From positions 1 through 64,000 of the forward strand of contig NOWV01000134.1 of NCBI GenBank assembly GCA_003344405.1: 64,000 nucleotides of DNA, written 5' to 3'. The notes beneath the pieces are model-generated. The model made no database searches. It was not told the DNA's origin and worked only from the letters and a program-made list of their open reading frames with translations. A program made the translations under genes and the position numbers. Of the stretch, positions 40,540 to 52,129 are shown in pieces. This DNA comes from Trichoplax sp. H2. Taxonomy: Eukaryota. Position 1 is the stretch's first letter, and each line of letters starts with the position of its first letter.

Positions 40540-43500
40540 ATGGAGATACAAAGTAAACATGACTGTAAGTTACCAGAGGATCTTAATCTGGTGGATTTCA
40601 TCTTTGAATATTTTGATAAATACGGCGATAGAGAGGCCGTGGTAAGTCTTACTATTTTTTATATGTTTTTTGGGCCTAGTTAGGCATAATAAAGCCATGA
40701 ATCATTAATTTAAATATATGTTTACTTCAGAGCGTTTAATGAAGCTTTCAGCAATCTAATTTTTTCCTCTCTCAATCTTCCAAACAGCAACGTTTTATAG
40801 AATTTTTACCAGCTTAATTAAATTAATTATCGTGATCGGTCCTCATAAGTTGCTGTAATGAAGCGATATTGATACGTAGATAACATATGTGTAGATAAAA
40901 CATAGTTATAACCATAATCGTTAGTAATAGATTTTAAGTTGTTTATTGAAATACTATACGTAATTTTACTAGTCCTGGGAATAAAATATGTGCGTAAACA
41001 AGATCAACAATTGAAGCGCCATATATATAATGTCTTGTGATTTTAATTAATTACTATCAACACCCGCGTTACTTTCATTGTGTTCGGGGTCACGTTGTTT
41101 TGAAAGTTGATTATTCTTTTATAAGGCGGATGAATGTGTTGAGGACTAGTTTAACTAACTTTATATATTAGTTTATTTCTGTCAAGGACTATATTAAGAG
41201 CCTCAATTGTGAAAGTACATCAATAATATAACTATACTAGTATGATATATATACGGAGAGTTATATGAATTAAAATTATCCAATTAGATACTTTCCTTCT
41301 TCAGCAGATTTTAAGCATTGTTTATACACTTTTCATCTACTTTTAAGGACTGAACATTAGAAACTATAGCAGTGTCCTACAGTACTTCATTCATGATTTA
41401 TTGATCAATATTATAACATGATAAACCGAGGATATGATAATATAATTTAGTATGAAAAAACAGACGTTAGTTATCGGTAGCAATTGATCTTCTTTTGAGA
41501 AGTTAGAAGATTGACACAATAGTGAGGGTTTGATATTCTCGTACACTATAGTCACAATATTATTTTATAATTAGCACATAGAAGTCAACAAGCAGTGCCA
41601 GTAATTGCTTCATTCTTAGTAGTTCATTTTTTAATTTTTTGGACTCCTTCCAAAAAATATAGTCACTTGATTGTAAGCTTGAAATTAATACACTAAAGGA
41701 CGCTGAGATTAACATTGTAGATGAATTCACCAGTAAAAATAATTCATCTGCTAAGATGAAGTTGGCTATGTTTTATAAGATAATGAAAATAAACATCACA
41801 CGGTGTTTTTTCTTCACTTTAGAAGCAAATCGATAGCCGTACACAATCTGTACCTTGTTACACCACTATTCCTGCTAATAGTCTGGAATAGTTTTAACAT
41901 TCTTACTCTTTGTTGTACACTGTAGAGGCTCTTTGATTTAAACGAACAGTTTCTATAAATCTTTTTCACCGCTAAATTTTTGTTAACTCGCTGAAATAAA
42001 TCCAATTATTACTAATCTACCATTGGTGTGATGGCTTTGAGTTTCAAATTATTTAGTCAGATAATAATTCGGGGCAAAACTTTCAGAGTGAAGTTACTTT
42101 TGAAATATTTTGGGTGTTATAAAGACTCAAAGGGTCTGACAGTTACTATAAGATTCATTATCTAATGGCAATTAGAAAGAGATATTTCGAGATGATGATT
42201 CTTTATAGCAAAGTATCCTTGTCTACCAGGTTTAATTAAGTCCTGTACATGCGTAAATATGTTAGTAATAGCTTGTATTTACTGTTCGTAAATTTAATCA
42301 ATTGTTGTCATTCTTAAATTCGATTCCATTCATTTTGTCGAATTAATCAATCGCAGGTCGATGCTGCCAGTGGCCGATGCTATACTTATGCACAAATTCG
42401 AGGATTAGCTCGTAAATTTGCTTCTGCTTTAACTCGCCGTGGTCTACAGAAGGGCGATACTGTTGCCGTCTACTCACCTAATATTCCCGAATATCCAATC
42501 GTCTTCTTTGGTATTATAATAGCTGGTGGTACTATTACTACTTGCAATCCGTTATACACTCCTAAAGAGTTATCTCATCAATTGCATCTTGCTGAAGCAA
42601 AGCACATTTTTACTGTTAATCTGTTTGCTGAAAAAGCCAAGGAGGCAGCATCTCTAAGGTTTTATAACATCTTAATCTATAGTTGCTATTAATTTTAATC
42701 ATTGATATAATATACGAGTATGTCAATAATATCGTATTGTATACTTAAATGATGTTAATTTGTACATATTACAGCAAAATTTCTAACATTTACGTCCTTG
42801 GAAGTCCAACTGGTGACGGTATAACATCTTTTCAAGAATTACTAGCTGACGATGGTAGCTATCTGAAAGAAGTTAAGTTCGACGTTCGTGAAGATGTGGC
42901 TGTATTACCATTTTCGAGTGGTACGACAGGATTGCCAAAAGGTAAATATAGAAATGGGATATAATATTGCATTTTTCTATTCTTATCTGTTAGGAATTGC
43001 GAACTGAAATAGTTTACTTGAAAAAATATTAAGCGTGAATTAATGGATTCAATGAAACCGAATTGGTACTTTAATCATAATGCAGGGATGTTTTGATTCT
43101 GAAGTATTATATATCACTATGAATTACAATAGTATAACCACCTTTAATTATAGGCATAGTCATTACGGTTTTGAAGAAAAGTTCTAGCTATTAAATATAG
43201 ATGTTGAGATTTAAAGCCATAATTACTTGTATTTTAATGTAAGGTTAATTTGGTTATGTCGATAGCGTCAATTAACTGGCATAGAAATATGTCCTTATAA
43301 AATGAAATAATCAATATAAAAATTTTACGAATGAAAAATATAGGCGTAATGCTAACACATCACAATATTGTCAGTAACGTCAGTCAAGCAACGATTAAGG
43401 GCTTCTTTTACGTGAATACTGATGATACAATATTGGCTTTATTACCATGGTTCCATATTTATGGTATGGTAACTATTCTATTTGCTGGATTGCGCTTTGG

Positions 43501-45031
43501 CGCTAAAATAATTTCCATGGCAAGATTCGAGCCAAAAGCGTTTCTTGAGACTATTCAGAAGCATAAGGTATTTATTTTTATCATTTGTGTTGTTCAAATA
43601 TAGGCAATTTTAAGCCATATTGGCTTATAACCTCAAATAAGGCGTCATCTTTAGAATTCTATTTATGCTACATTAGATTACTATAGCTCCAATAGTACCA
43701 CCTATCGCTGTATTTCTGTCGAAACATCCACTAGTAGACAGCTTCGACGTTTCCAGCTTAAAGGATGTTATAAGTGCAGCTGCACCTTTGGGTAAGGAAA
43801 CTCAAGCTGCGCTGGGGACAAGATTAGGAGTAAATGTTCGGCAAGGTAAATTTAGCATGTTTTAATTTCTTACTATATTTGAAATATACGATACATGAAA
43901 TATTTGTAAAATACGGTAATCAATATCGCCAATAACTAGTATTGTGCTATTAGTATAAGTATAGGTATTATAGACACTATTTTGTTTGGATAAATTTATG
44001 ATGATTGTTATTTTACTCACGTATTCAATAAAGGTTATGGTATGACTGAGTTAAGTCCAGTTATTACCGTATCTATTTCGGAAGGAAATGTGATTGGTTC
44101 AGCCGGAGTATTGATTCCACATACCAAAGCTAAGGTAGATATCAAAAGTAAACGACTTTTTGCGTAATAGTGCACTTTGTTGGTGCAATAATTCAACATC
44201 GGTACCAATTTTTACTTTAAATTAGTTTATCTAACAGGCTCGATGTTAAATGCACTATCTGCTGAATTCAGAGCTAGTATCGTAATATCGATTGTACTCA
44301 AAAATTATAGTTAATTAATTGAGAATAGTTTTTCTCATAAGACATCTCTTAACCACATGTAGACTGTAGATATTCAAACTGGTGAGGCCTTATCTTATGG
44401 AAAATCGGGAGAGTTATGCTTCAAAGGACCGCAGGTCATGAAGGGCTATTTGAAAAACAAAGCAGCAACAGATAGAACCATCGATGCAGATGGGTGGCTT
44501 CATACTGGAGATATTGGTTATTATGATGAGAGCGGACACTTTTATATCGTGGATCGTCTGAAAGAATTGATTAAATATAAAGGATTTCAGGTCAGTTTTG
44601 CTATCGTTTAACAATACTAAGGGATTTTTTAGGTCAGTTAACCTTTTCAATTACATGAGCATCCGTGATGGCAATTGTAAGAGATCTTGATATAATGACA
44701 CGATATATATGCTTATATTTCTGATTAGGTTGCGCCTGCTGAGTTAGAAGAGTTGCTTTTGACTCATCCTAAAGTTGCTGATGCTGCAGTTATTGGTGTT
44801 CCTGATGTTGATGCTGGTGAATTACCAAAAGCTTTCGTGGTAAAGCGAGCAAATGATATTACTGAGGAAGAAATTATTGCTTTTATTGCATCAGAAGTCG
44901 GTCCTCATAAAAAACTACGTGGAGGAGTAGAATTTATCGAAAGTATTCCTAAATCGGCTAGTGGTAAAATTTTGCGACGGCAGTTGAAAGCTAAAGAAAT
45001 TGAAAAATGTGAAAAGGATAAATCAAGTTGA
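40540..45031 (+). CDS. 4CL/luciferase-like acyl-CoA synthetase, copy 5 (8 exons, about 531 aa)
   Basis: Exons 40540-40641, 42357-42658, 42775-42941, 43344-43567, 43677-43845, 44034-44134, 44363-44590, 44729-45031. All introns are GT-AG. Motifs [42 protein letters not shown] and [11 protein letters not shown] are intact. Confidence 0.94.
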
Positions 45032-46720
45032 ATTCAGGGCCTTTTCCATTTGTCTGGAGTGTATTATTGAGCTAGATTTTCTCTTGCGCTTGTCTAGTAT
45101 CTTAAATCGGCGCGCAAGACTAGTAGACATGCAATTTGTTTGTTTTTGCCTAATAAGATTTTCATGTGATACAGTATATCGAAAAATAATAAGCACAGCT
45201 GATAGTAGTAACATATTAAACCGATAAATGAAACTGTAGTTTTCATGATTATTCTATGGAAGTACCTTGCTATGAGACTTATTTCTTGATTTGTTAGAAA
45301 AATAGCCCACTCGGTTCACATGAAGCATTTTGTGTTAGTTAGTACGAGATTAAAAAATGAATTTTATTTGGTTGCTAAAATTCCAATTTATCTCATTTCA
45401 TAATTATTCCTTTGAACGGTATATTAGCGATTATTATTCGTTTTTGATCTAATAAGGCATTGAGCTTGCACTGAATGATTTATTAAATTTCAGTTTTAGA
45501 CCTAGATATTGGATATATTGCGATGGATTATAATGAATATCTCAGTAATATATAGTGTTTAATACTAGCTACCGTATATCATTCGCAGCATTAGATTATA
45601 TTGAAGATAACAGACAGATACAGTTCCAGTTCGAAGCATAGCGATCATATCTACTTTGTACTGTGATAACATCGACATTATCATTTCGTCAGATTTGGAA
45701 AATGATATACATGTATTGTCAATGACGCTATACTAGTAGTTTTGTGGAATAATCTCCTTTTAGGCGGCCATCTGTGTATTGATCTCTTAGGCACCTTAGC
45801 AAATAAATAACGATGGGAAATCGGCATCTTATTTCAAATTAGTATCCTTGCTATCTTGGAAATAAAATTGAATGCAAATATATCATCTTTAATTAACTCT
45901 AAATATTGGATCTCCAATATATGATTAGTTTAGATTTTGTGCTTTCACATTTAATCTGTTTTTCTGGTTGATTTTAATTCAAGATATATCGTTACAGATG
46001 TGGAGATACCGACAGAATTTAATAATCTACTCTTTTATTATGTTGATTTCAATTATTTAATCCATTATATTATATACTATCTACTGGTATGATTGAGAAA
46101 TCATTGCTATTAGATTATTGATGATATCCTATATATTATTCATTCAGTAGATGATGCATTGAATACAATGTACAATGCTGCTGGTTTATTTACATCAAGA
46201 GATTTACAGTAGATTTAGAATATGTTCACGATTTATAAGGTGTATCTATAGTATATAATTATATGCACCAATGAATGAATATTCATGATCACTGCTGATC
46301 TCTTTGTGATACAGTTGCTCTCTTCATGAAACTAAGAAAATAAAAAGCACCCTTACTACTATTATTATCACGAGAATCCTATAAACCAATAAGAATTAGC
46401 GACAGTGATTACTTGCATAGGAAAGTAGACATGTAGGGAAGAATAACAATGTGACTATCATTAGTTTAGATTAAGCATAATGTAAGCTAGTTGATGAAGT
46501 AAACAGGTTACTAAGCCTTTTCTCGGTTCTACGAATAAAATCTTTATGATCAGTTTTAATGATGCCTTTTGCATAAATTAATACCGGCTAATTGTATGCA
46601 AGCTGTCTATATTAATCGTACGTGATTGCTAGTAAACATTTTGTTAAAAGACGTTCAGTAGAATACATTTTTCTTGCGATAATTTGTTTTTACTACTTTT
46701 TTTAACATTAAAAATTCTAG

Positions 46721-48232
46721 ATGGACATCTCTTATATTATTTCAGCCATATTTTGGTTTCCAAATTCTTGGATTCAAATCATGGTTGTTTCATTAGTTTA
46801 TTTATTGATCTATTCTCTGTACAAGCATTATTATCTACCTTATCGTGTTTTACAAAGAACGGGATTACCATTTGATCGTCCTACTTATTTAGTTGGCAAT
46901 AAATTTGATTTTGATCCTTCTCTCCTTCATGAGCGTCAGCTAGAAAGGCAGAAAAAGTACGGCTTGGTTTATGGCGAATTCTTTTTCACTGTTCCTACTA
47001 TATTTATAGCAGATCCAGAGATAATCAAAAGCATTATGGTTACTCATTTTTCGAACTTTTGTAATCGATTTCAAGCCATCAATTTACCTAGTCTATTTGA
47101 AAAATCGATTTTGAGGATTGCAGATGAACCTTGGAAACGTATTAGAACTACAATGGTCGGATCATTTAGTGTTGCGAAATTAAAATGCATGCAAAATCTA
47201 ATTAGTGATTCTTGTCGTATTTTAATGGCTAGATTTGAAGAAAGCTTTTACGAAAGTAAAAAAATTGCTTTGATAAAACCATGTGAACATTTCTCCATGC
47301 ACATATTATTGGCCGTAGCATTTGGCATCGAATTCGAATCAGTGAAAGACGAACGTAAAATAACCGAGGCTGTAAATATTCTGTTTTCAAATACGCCTGT
47401 TGGTTTACGAGTTGTAATGATGCTTTCTATGAGGGCGTGGGAAGCTCTTGAACGGTTAATGGGTGGCAATTTTCAAAGTTCAATCGATTACTTAGAGAAT
47501 ATAGTAATGAATGTTATTAAAGATCGACGCAATAATATCAAGCTGAAGAAGCCATGCCGTCAAGATATCCTACAACTGCTGATTGAAGCCGGCGATAAGG
47601 GCAAATTAACTGATGAAGAGATTGTCGCTCAAGTATTCTTTCTAATGGCCGGAGGTTATCAAACTACCGCTACCACGTTAATGTTTGCTCTGTATTCGAT
47701 TGCTACAAATAGCAATGTACAAGAGAAATTATATGATGAAATTCAAGCTAAATATGATAATAGCAACTGCCAAGTGGATTACAATTTTGTTTCTGAGCTG
47801 CCGTACTTGGGAATGGTCATAGAAGAGACCACACGAATGTATCCTCCAGTGATATTTCCCGATCGCGGAGTGAAGGAAGACATTGTTATTAATGGATTGC
47901 TTATTCCTAAAGAGGTCATGATTGGGTTTCCTACATACGCCATACATCATAATCCAGACTATTGGCCAAATCCAGAAGAATTTCGCCCTGAACGATTTTC
48001 GCCTGAAGAAAAAGCAAAACAGATCCCATTTAGCTACGTTACTTTCGGTGATGGGCCACGACAATGTCTGGGCGTTCGCTTAGCCAAATTAGAGATTAGG
48101 ATGGTAATAGCGAATATATTACTTAAATACGAATTATTTCCAGTTAAGGAAACAGAAATTCCCTTGAAATTGAAGAGCTTGGGTACAATGATACCTGCTA
48201 ACGAGATTGTCTTAGGTTTAAAGAAGCGCTAG
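46721..48232 (+). CDS. Cytochrome P450, clan 3-like, single coding exon, 503 aa
   Basis: Transmembrane anchor, WKRIR, I-helix AGGYQTT, ETTR, PERF, and heme motif FGDGPRQCLG. Confidence 0.97.
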   Translation: MDISYIISAIFWFPNSWIQIMVVSLVYLLIYSLYKHYYLPYRVLQRTGLPFDRPTYLVGNKFDFDPSLLHERQLERQKKYGLVYGEFFFTVPTIFIADPEIIKSIMVTHFSNFCNRFQAINLPSLFEKSILRIADEPWKRIRTTMVGSFSVAKLKCMQNLISDSCRILMARFEESFYESKKIALIKPCEHFSMHILLAVAFGIEFESVKDERKITEAVNILFSNTPVGLRVVMMLSMRAWEALERLMGGNFQSSIDYLENIVMNVIKDRRNNIKLKKPCRQDILQLLIEAGDKGKLTDEEIVAQVFFLMAGGYQTTATTLMFALYSIATNSNVQEKLYDEIQAKYDNSNCQVDYNFVSELPYLGMVIEETTRMYPPVIFPDRGVKEDIVINGLLIPKEVMIGFPTYAIHHNPDYWPNPEEFRPERFSPEEKAKQIPFSYVTFGDGPRQCLGVRLAKLEIRMVIANILLKYELFPVKETEIPLKLKSLGTMIPANEIVLGLKKR

Positions 48233-50617
48233 TATATACTACTTTGCAGTGTTTTACGTAGCCAGGGACTGCTCTTTCATTTAGAACTGTAATTTATTAG
48301 TCTCTCACGTAACTTAGCATTGGATTGTAAATAATTATCTATGTATAGTATATTGTAGGGTGACGTAGCTTTCTATATATATCTAAAGGCATCCTTAGCT
48401 TATTTAGTAGCTCATAGCCTCAGACTTGGATAGAAGGTTCTATTTTAGAGTATTAATGACTATATGTGCATGCGGTAGGGCGTAGAGTCACGATTAATGT
48501 TAGAGATAAAGCAGATATGTAATATATTAATTAGAATATGATTACTTTATCATGTATTGGCTGGTAGAAATAATATCTATGTAAATATGAATTACTACTA
48601 TTACTATATTAGATTATAGCTGGCTCACTGCAAAATGTGGCCGCTGACAATAATCTGAATATGCGTAAATTTGGATAGAATATTTCTATGATGATTGCAA
48701 CTGCAAGCGCTACGAAAATCAAGTAAGCAGGCAACTGTAGGCTATATAGTAAGAAATCAAGTCATAAATTATTAGCACTGCTATTATCTTCAAGATATTT
48801 CTTGACTTTTAAACAGTGATGGAGCATTATTTTTGTGAATAAATTGAGAAAACGTTGTATCTGGAGATTGAAATATTGCTAAATAAGTTATATTTAATTA
48901 TTAATGTGCGGATAGCAGAGAAGAAGAGTAGCGGCATATTTGTCAAAAGTGCCTCAAAACAAGATTAGGTAGCGCCTAGGTTGTAGTAGGATTCACTTTC
49001 TACACCTTACTTTATATGAATAAATCTAAAATCTAAACGAATTTTCTAGAGCTATACACATTTTTACGTAAAACTAAAATTTGTTCTTAGTAGGCTACAA
49101 AAAATGCGTACGTGAGACTTAGCTATTCTCACTACCATTACTAGCTGTAAATCTAAATAGATCAATTTAATGATACTTCTATAATGGCTTACTATGAGCA
49201 CCTATTCGATAGTATCTATACTTTACTGTAATTTTTAAATCATGTTTCACTTCGGGCAGTGATAATAAGATGCTTATACTCAATTTTTGTTCTAAGAAAG
49301 ACTAGCCATTGAAACTCCAACGCGAGCGAACTGATCCAAAATTTCAAGCTGCTACAAAATTGTGAGGATAACTTTTGCAATAACTTAGACAGCTCCCATA
49401 GCTTTGGAAATCGCTGGCGTATAAAGTCGGTAATGGGGTATAAGAACATACTATATTAATTTAAACAAGTTTATATTTAGACCAGAACTAGGTTTAAACA
49501 TCTCTTGCATAACGAAATAATCACTCATAGCAGAAACGAAGAGTGTCTGGAGGTCGACGTGGTGAAGTAATAATATAATCAGCTTATTATTAATAACCAT
49601 ATACGAATTCAGTAGCGAGGAATATTACAAAAAATGTTTCAATGGAATCTTGCGTTCTTTCTCGAAAGTACAGATAATATCGTACTATATTTGCAGCATT
49701 TTAAACACACGGTTAGTTTCCTTTTAGCAATCTGTAGCAACTTAATTGTCCGTTAATACAAATACGCAGATAGAATGTCTATCAGTATCGAAGTCTATAT
49801 GGAAGCCCTCCGTCATAAAATCATGATCTAATGCAAAGATATCTTCTTCCCTATTTTAAACACGGTATTTTGTCTCAGAAATATCAATTTAAACTTTCAT
49901 CTCTGTATTTAATTTGTATTTCATGATGATAGGTATTAAAGTATCATTAAGATTGAAATTATTGATATGCAAATAAAATTTATAATCCTTTTTTTGTTAC
50001 TTCAACTTCTGCTAACTACGCCGTCAACTATTATAATAAACATTAATATATCTGATCTACCAGCATGAGTCTGGAATCAATGGGGGTTTCTTCAGAATAA
50101 TAAAAGCATAGCAGCTTTTTAGCTGGTGTCGCATAGAACATACTATTAATCATTTTATATGCTCGAGTTTTACAGTTTGCACTTATTAATTCTTGATATC
50201 CCTAGGATCAGTTTTGTAATGTGATTGGCTTCATTAAACTAGAAAGATATATAAACACTATTATTTACTTTAGTGACCCAATGAAAGCTAATGATACTGA
50301 ATATTAAACTAGAAAGTAGACACATGGTACTCGTATAATGAAAGGTAATAACCTGACTGTAATAAATTTTAATATACGAAGTTCAAGTTCGTCAATGCAC
50401 AAACAGGTTGTCAAAGCCTTTTCGTAGCTCTGTGAATAGAACCTTTGTAATTGGCCTTTATATCGCTTTTGTCGTAAATCAATATTCACTAATTAAATGT
50501 ACGCTGACTATGTAGTTTATACATGATTATTGATAGCACTTTTTGCCGAGAGGTTATAGATTGTTCATTGTTTCCATTTTACTTTTTTGATCGTTTTTGT
50601 CGCTGATTGTCGTCAAG

Positions 50618-52129
50618 ATGGACACCCTTTATATTATTTTAGCCATATTTTGGTTTCCAAATTCTTGGATTCAAGTCGTGGTTATTTCGCTATTCTATTC
50701 ATTGATTTATTCCATTTTTAAACATTATTGTCTACCTTATCGAGTTTTACGAAGAACAGGCATACCCTTCGATCGTCCTACTTATTTAGTAGGCAATAAC
50801 TTTGACTTTGATCCTTTAACACTTCATAAACGTCAGCTAGAACAGCAGAAAAAGTACGGCTTAATTTATGGTGATTTCTTTTTTACCATTCCTACTATAT
50901 TTATAGCGGATCCAGAGATGATTAAGAGTATTATGGTTACTCATTTTTCGAACTTTTGCAATCGATTCCAAGCCATTAATATGCCCATTCTGTTTGAAAA
51001 ATCCATTTTAAGGATCGCAGACGAACCATGGAAACGTATTAGAACTGTGATGATCGGATCATTTAGTGCTGCCAAATTAAAACCTATTGGAAATCTAGTA
51101 AGTGATTCTTGTCGTATTCTAATGATTAGTTTTGATGAAGGTTTTCATAAAAACAAAAAAGTTAGTTTAACAAAACCCTGTGAACACCTTTCTATGCATG
51201 TATTACTGGCTGCAGCATTTGGTATCGAATTTGAAACATTAAAGGATGAGAGTAAAATAACCGAAGCTGTTAATGTTCTGTTTGCAAATATGCCAGTGGG
51301 TTTGCGTATGGTTATGATGCTTTCCATTCGACTATGGGAATTTCTCGAACCTTTAATGGACGGTAAAGTGCTAAGTTCAATGGATTACTTAATGCAAATA
51401 GTATTAAATGTAATTAACGATCGACGCAATAATATCAAGTTGAATAAGTCATGCCGTCAAGATATCTTACAAATGTTGATAGAAGCTGGCGATAAGGGCA
51501 AATTAACTGATGAAGAAATTGTCGCTCAAGTATTCTTTTTAATGGTTGGAGGTTATCAAACTACCGCTAATACTTTAATGTTTGCTCTACATTCGATTGC
51601 TACAAATAGTAATGTCCAAGAGAAATCATATAATGAAATTCAAGCTAAATATGATAATAATAATTGTCACATAGATTATGATTTCGTTCTTGAGTTACCA
51701 TACTTAAAAATGGTTTTAGAAGAGACTACACGAATGTATCCTCCTGTGATATTTCCCGATCGTGGGGTTAAAGAAGATATTACTATCAATGGCTTGCTTA
51801 TTCCTAAAAAGGTGATGATTGGATTTCCTACGTATGCCATACATCATAATCCAGACTATTGGCCAAATCCAGAAGAGTTTCGTCCTGAGCGTTTTACAGT
51901 TGAAGAAAAGGCAAAACAGATTCCATTTAGCTACATTACATTCGGTGGTGGGCAACGACATTGTCTTGGTATGCGCTTAGCCAAATTAGAGGTTAAGATG
52001 GCAATAGTGAATATATTACTTAAATACGAACTGTTTCCAGTTGAAGAAACTAAAGTACCATTAGAAATAAAGAGCGAGGCAACATTGATGCCTGCTGAAG
52101 AAATTATATTAGGTTTAAAGAAGCGATAG
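50618..52129 (+). CDS. Cytochrome P450, clan 3-like, single coding exon, 503 aa; close paralog of 46721-48232
   Basis: The ATG at 50618 (MDTLYIILAIFWFP) aligns with the paralog's start, whereas the ORF track's start at 50597 is a TTG. Motifs VGGYQTT, ETTR, PERF, FGGGQRHCLG. Confidence 0.96.
   Translation: MDTLYIILAIFWFPNSWIQVVVISLFYSLIYSIFKHYCLPYRVLRRTGIPFDRPTYLVGNNFDFDPLTLHKRQLEQQKKYGLIYGDFFFTIPTIFIADPEMIKSIMVTHFSNFCNRFQAINMPILFEKSILRIADEPWKRIRTVMIGSFSAAKLKPIGNLVSDSCRILMISFDEGFHKNKKVSLTKPCEHLSMHVLLAAAFGIEFETLKDESKITEAVNVLFANMPVGLRMVMMLSIRLWEFLEPLMDGKVLSSMDYLMQIVLNVINDRRNNIKLNKSCRQDILQMLIEAGDKGKLTDEEIVAQVFFLMVGGYQTTANTLMFALHSIATNSNVQEKSYNEIQAKYDNNNCHIDYDFVLELPYLKMVLEETTRMYPPVIFPDRGVKEDITINGLLIPKKVMIGFPTYAIHHNPDYWPNPEEFRPERFTVEEKAKQIPFSYITFGGGQRHCLGMRLAKLEVKMAIVNILLKYELFPVEETKVPLEIKSEATLMPAEEIILGLKKR

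Noticed and set aside
13786-45031. Firefly-type bioluminescence system or recent horizontal transfer of plant 4CL
   Set aside because: Family-level similarity does not imply light emission, and 4CL-like genes are widespread in invertebrates. These genes have seven conserved spliceosomal introns and host-like base composition.
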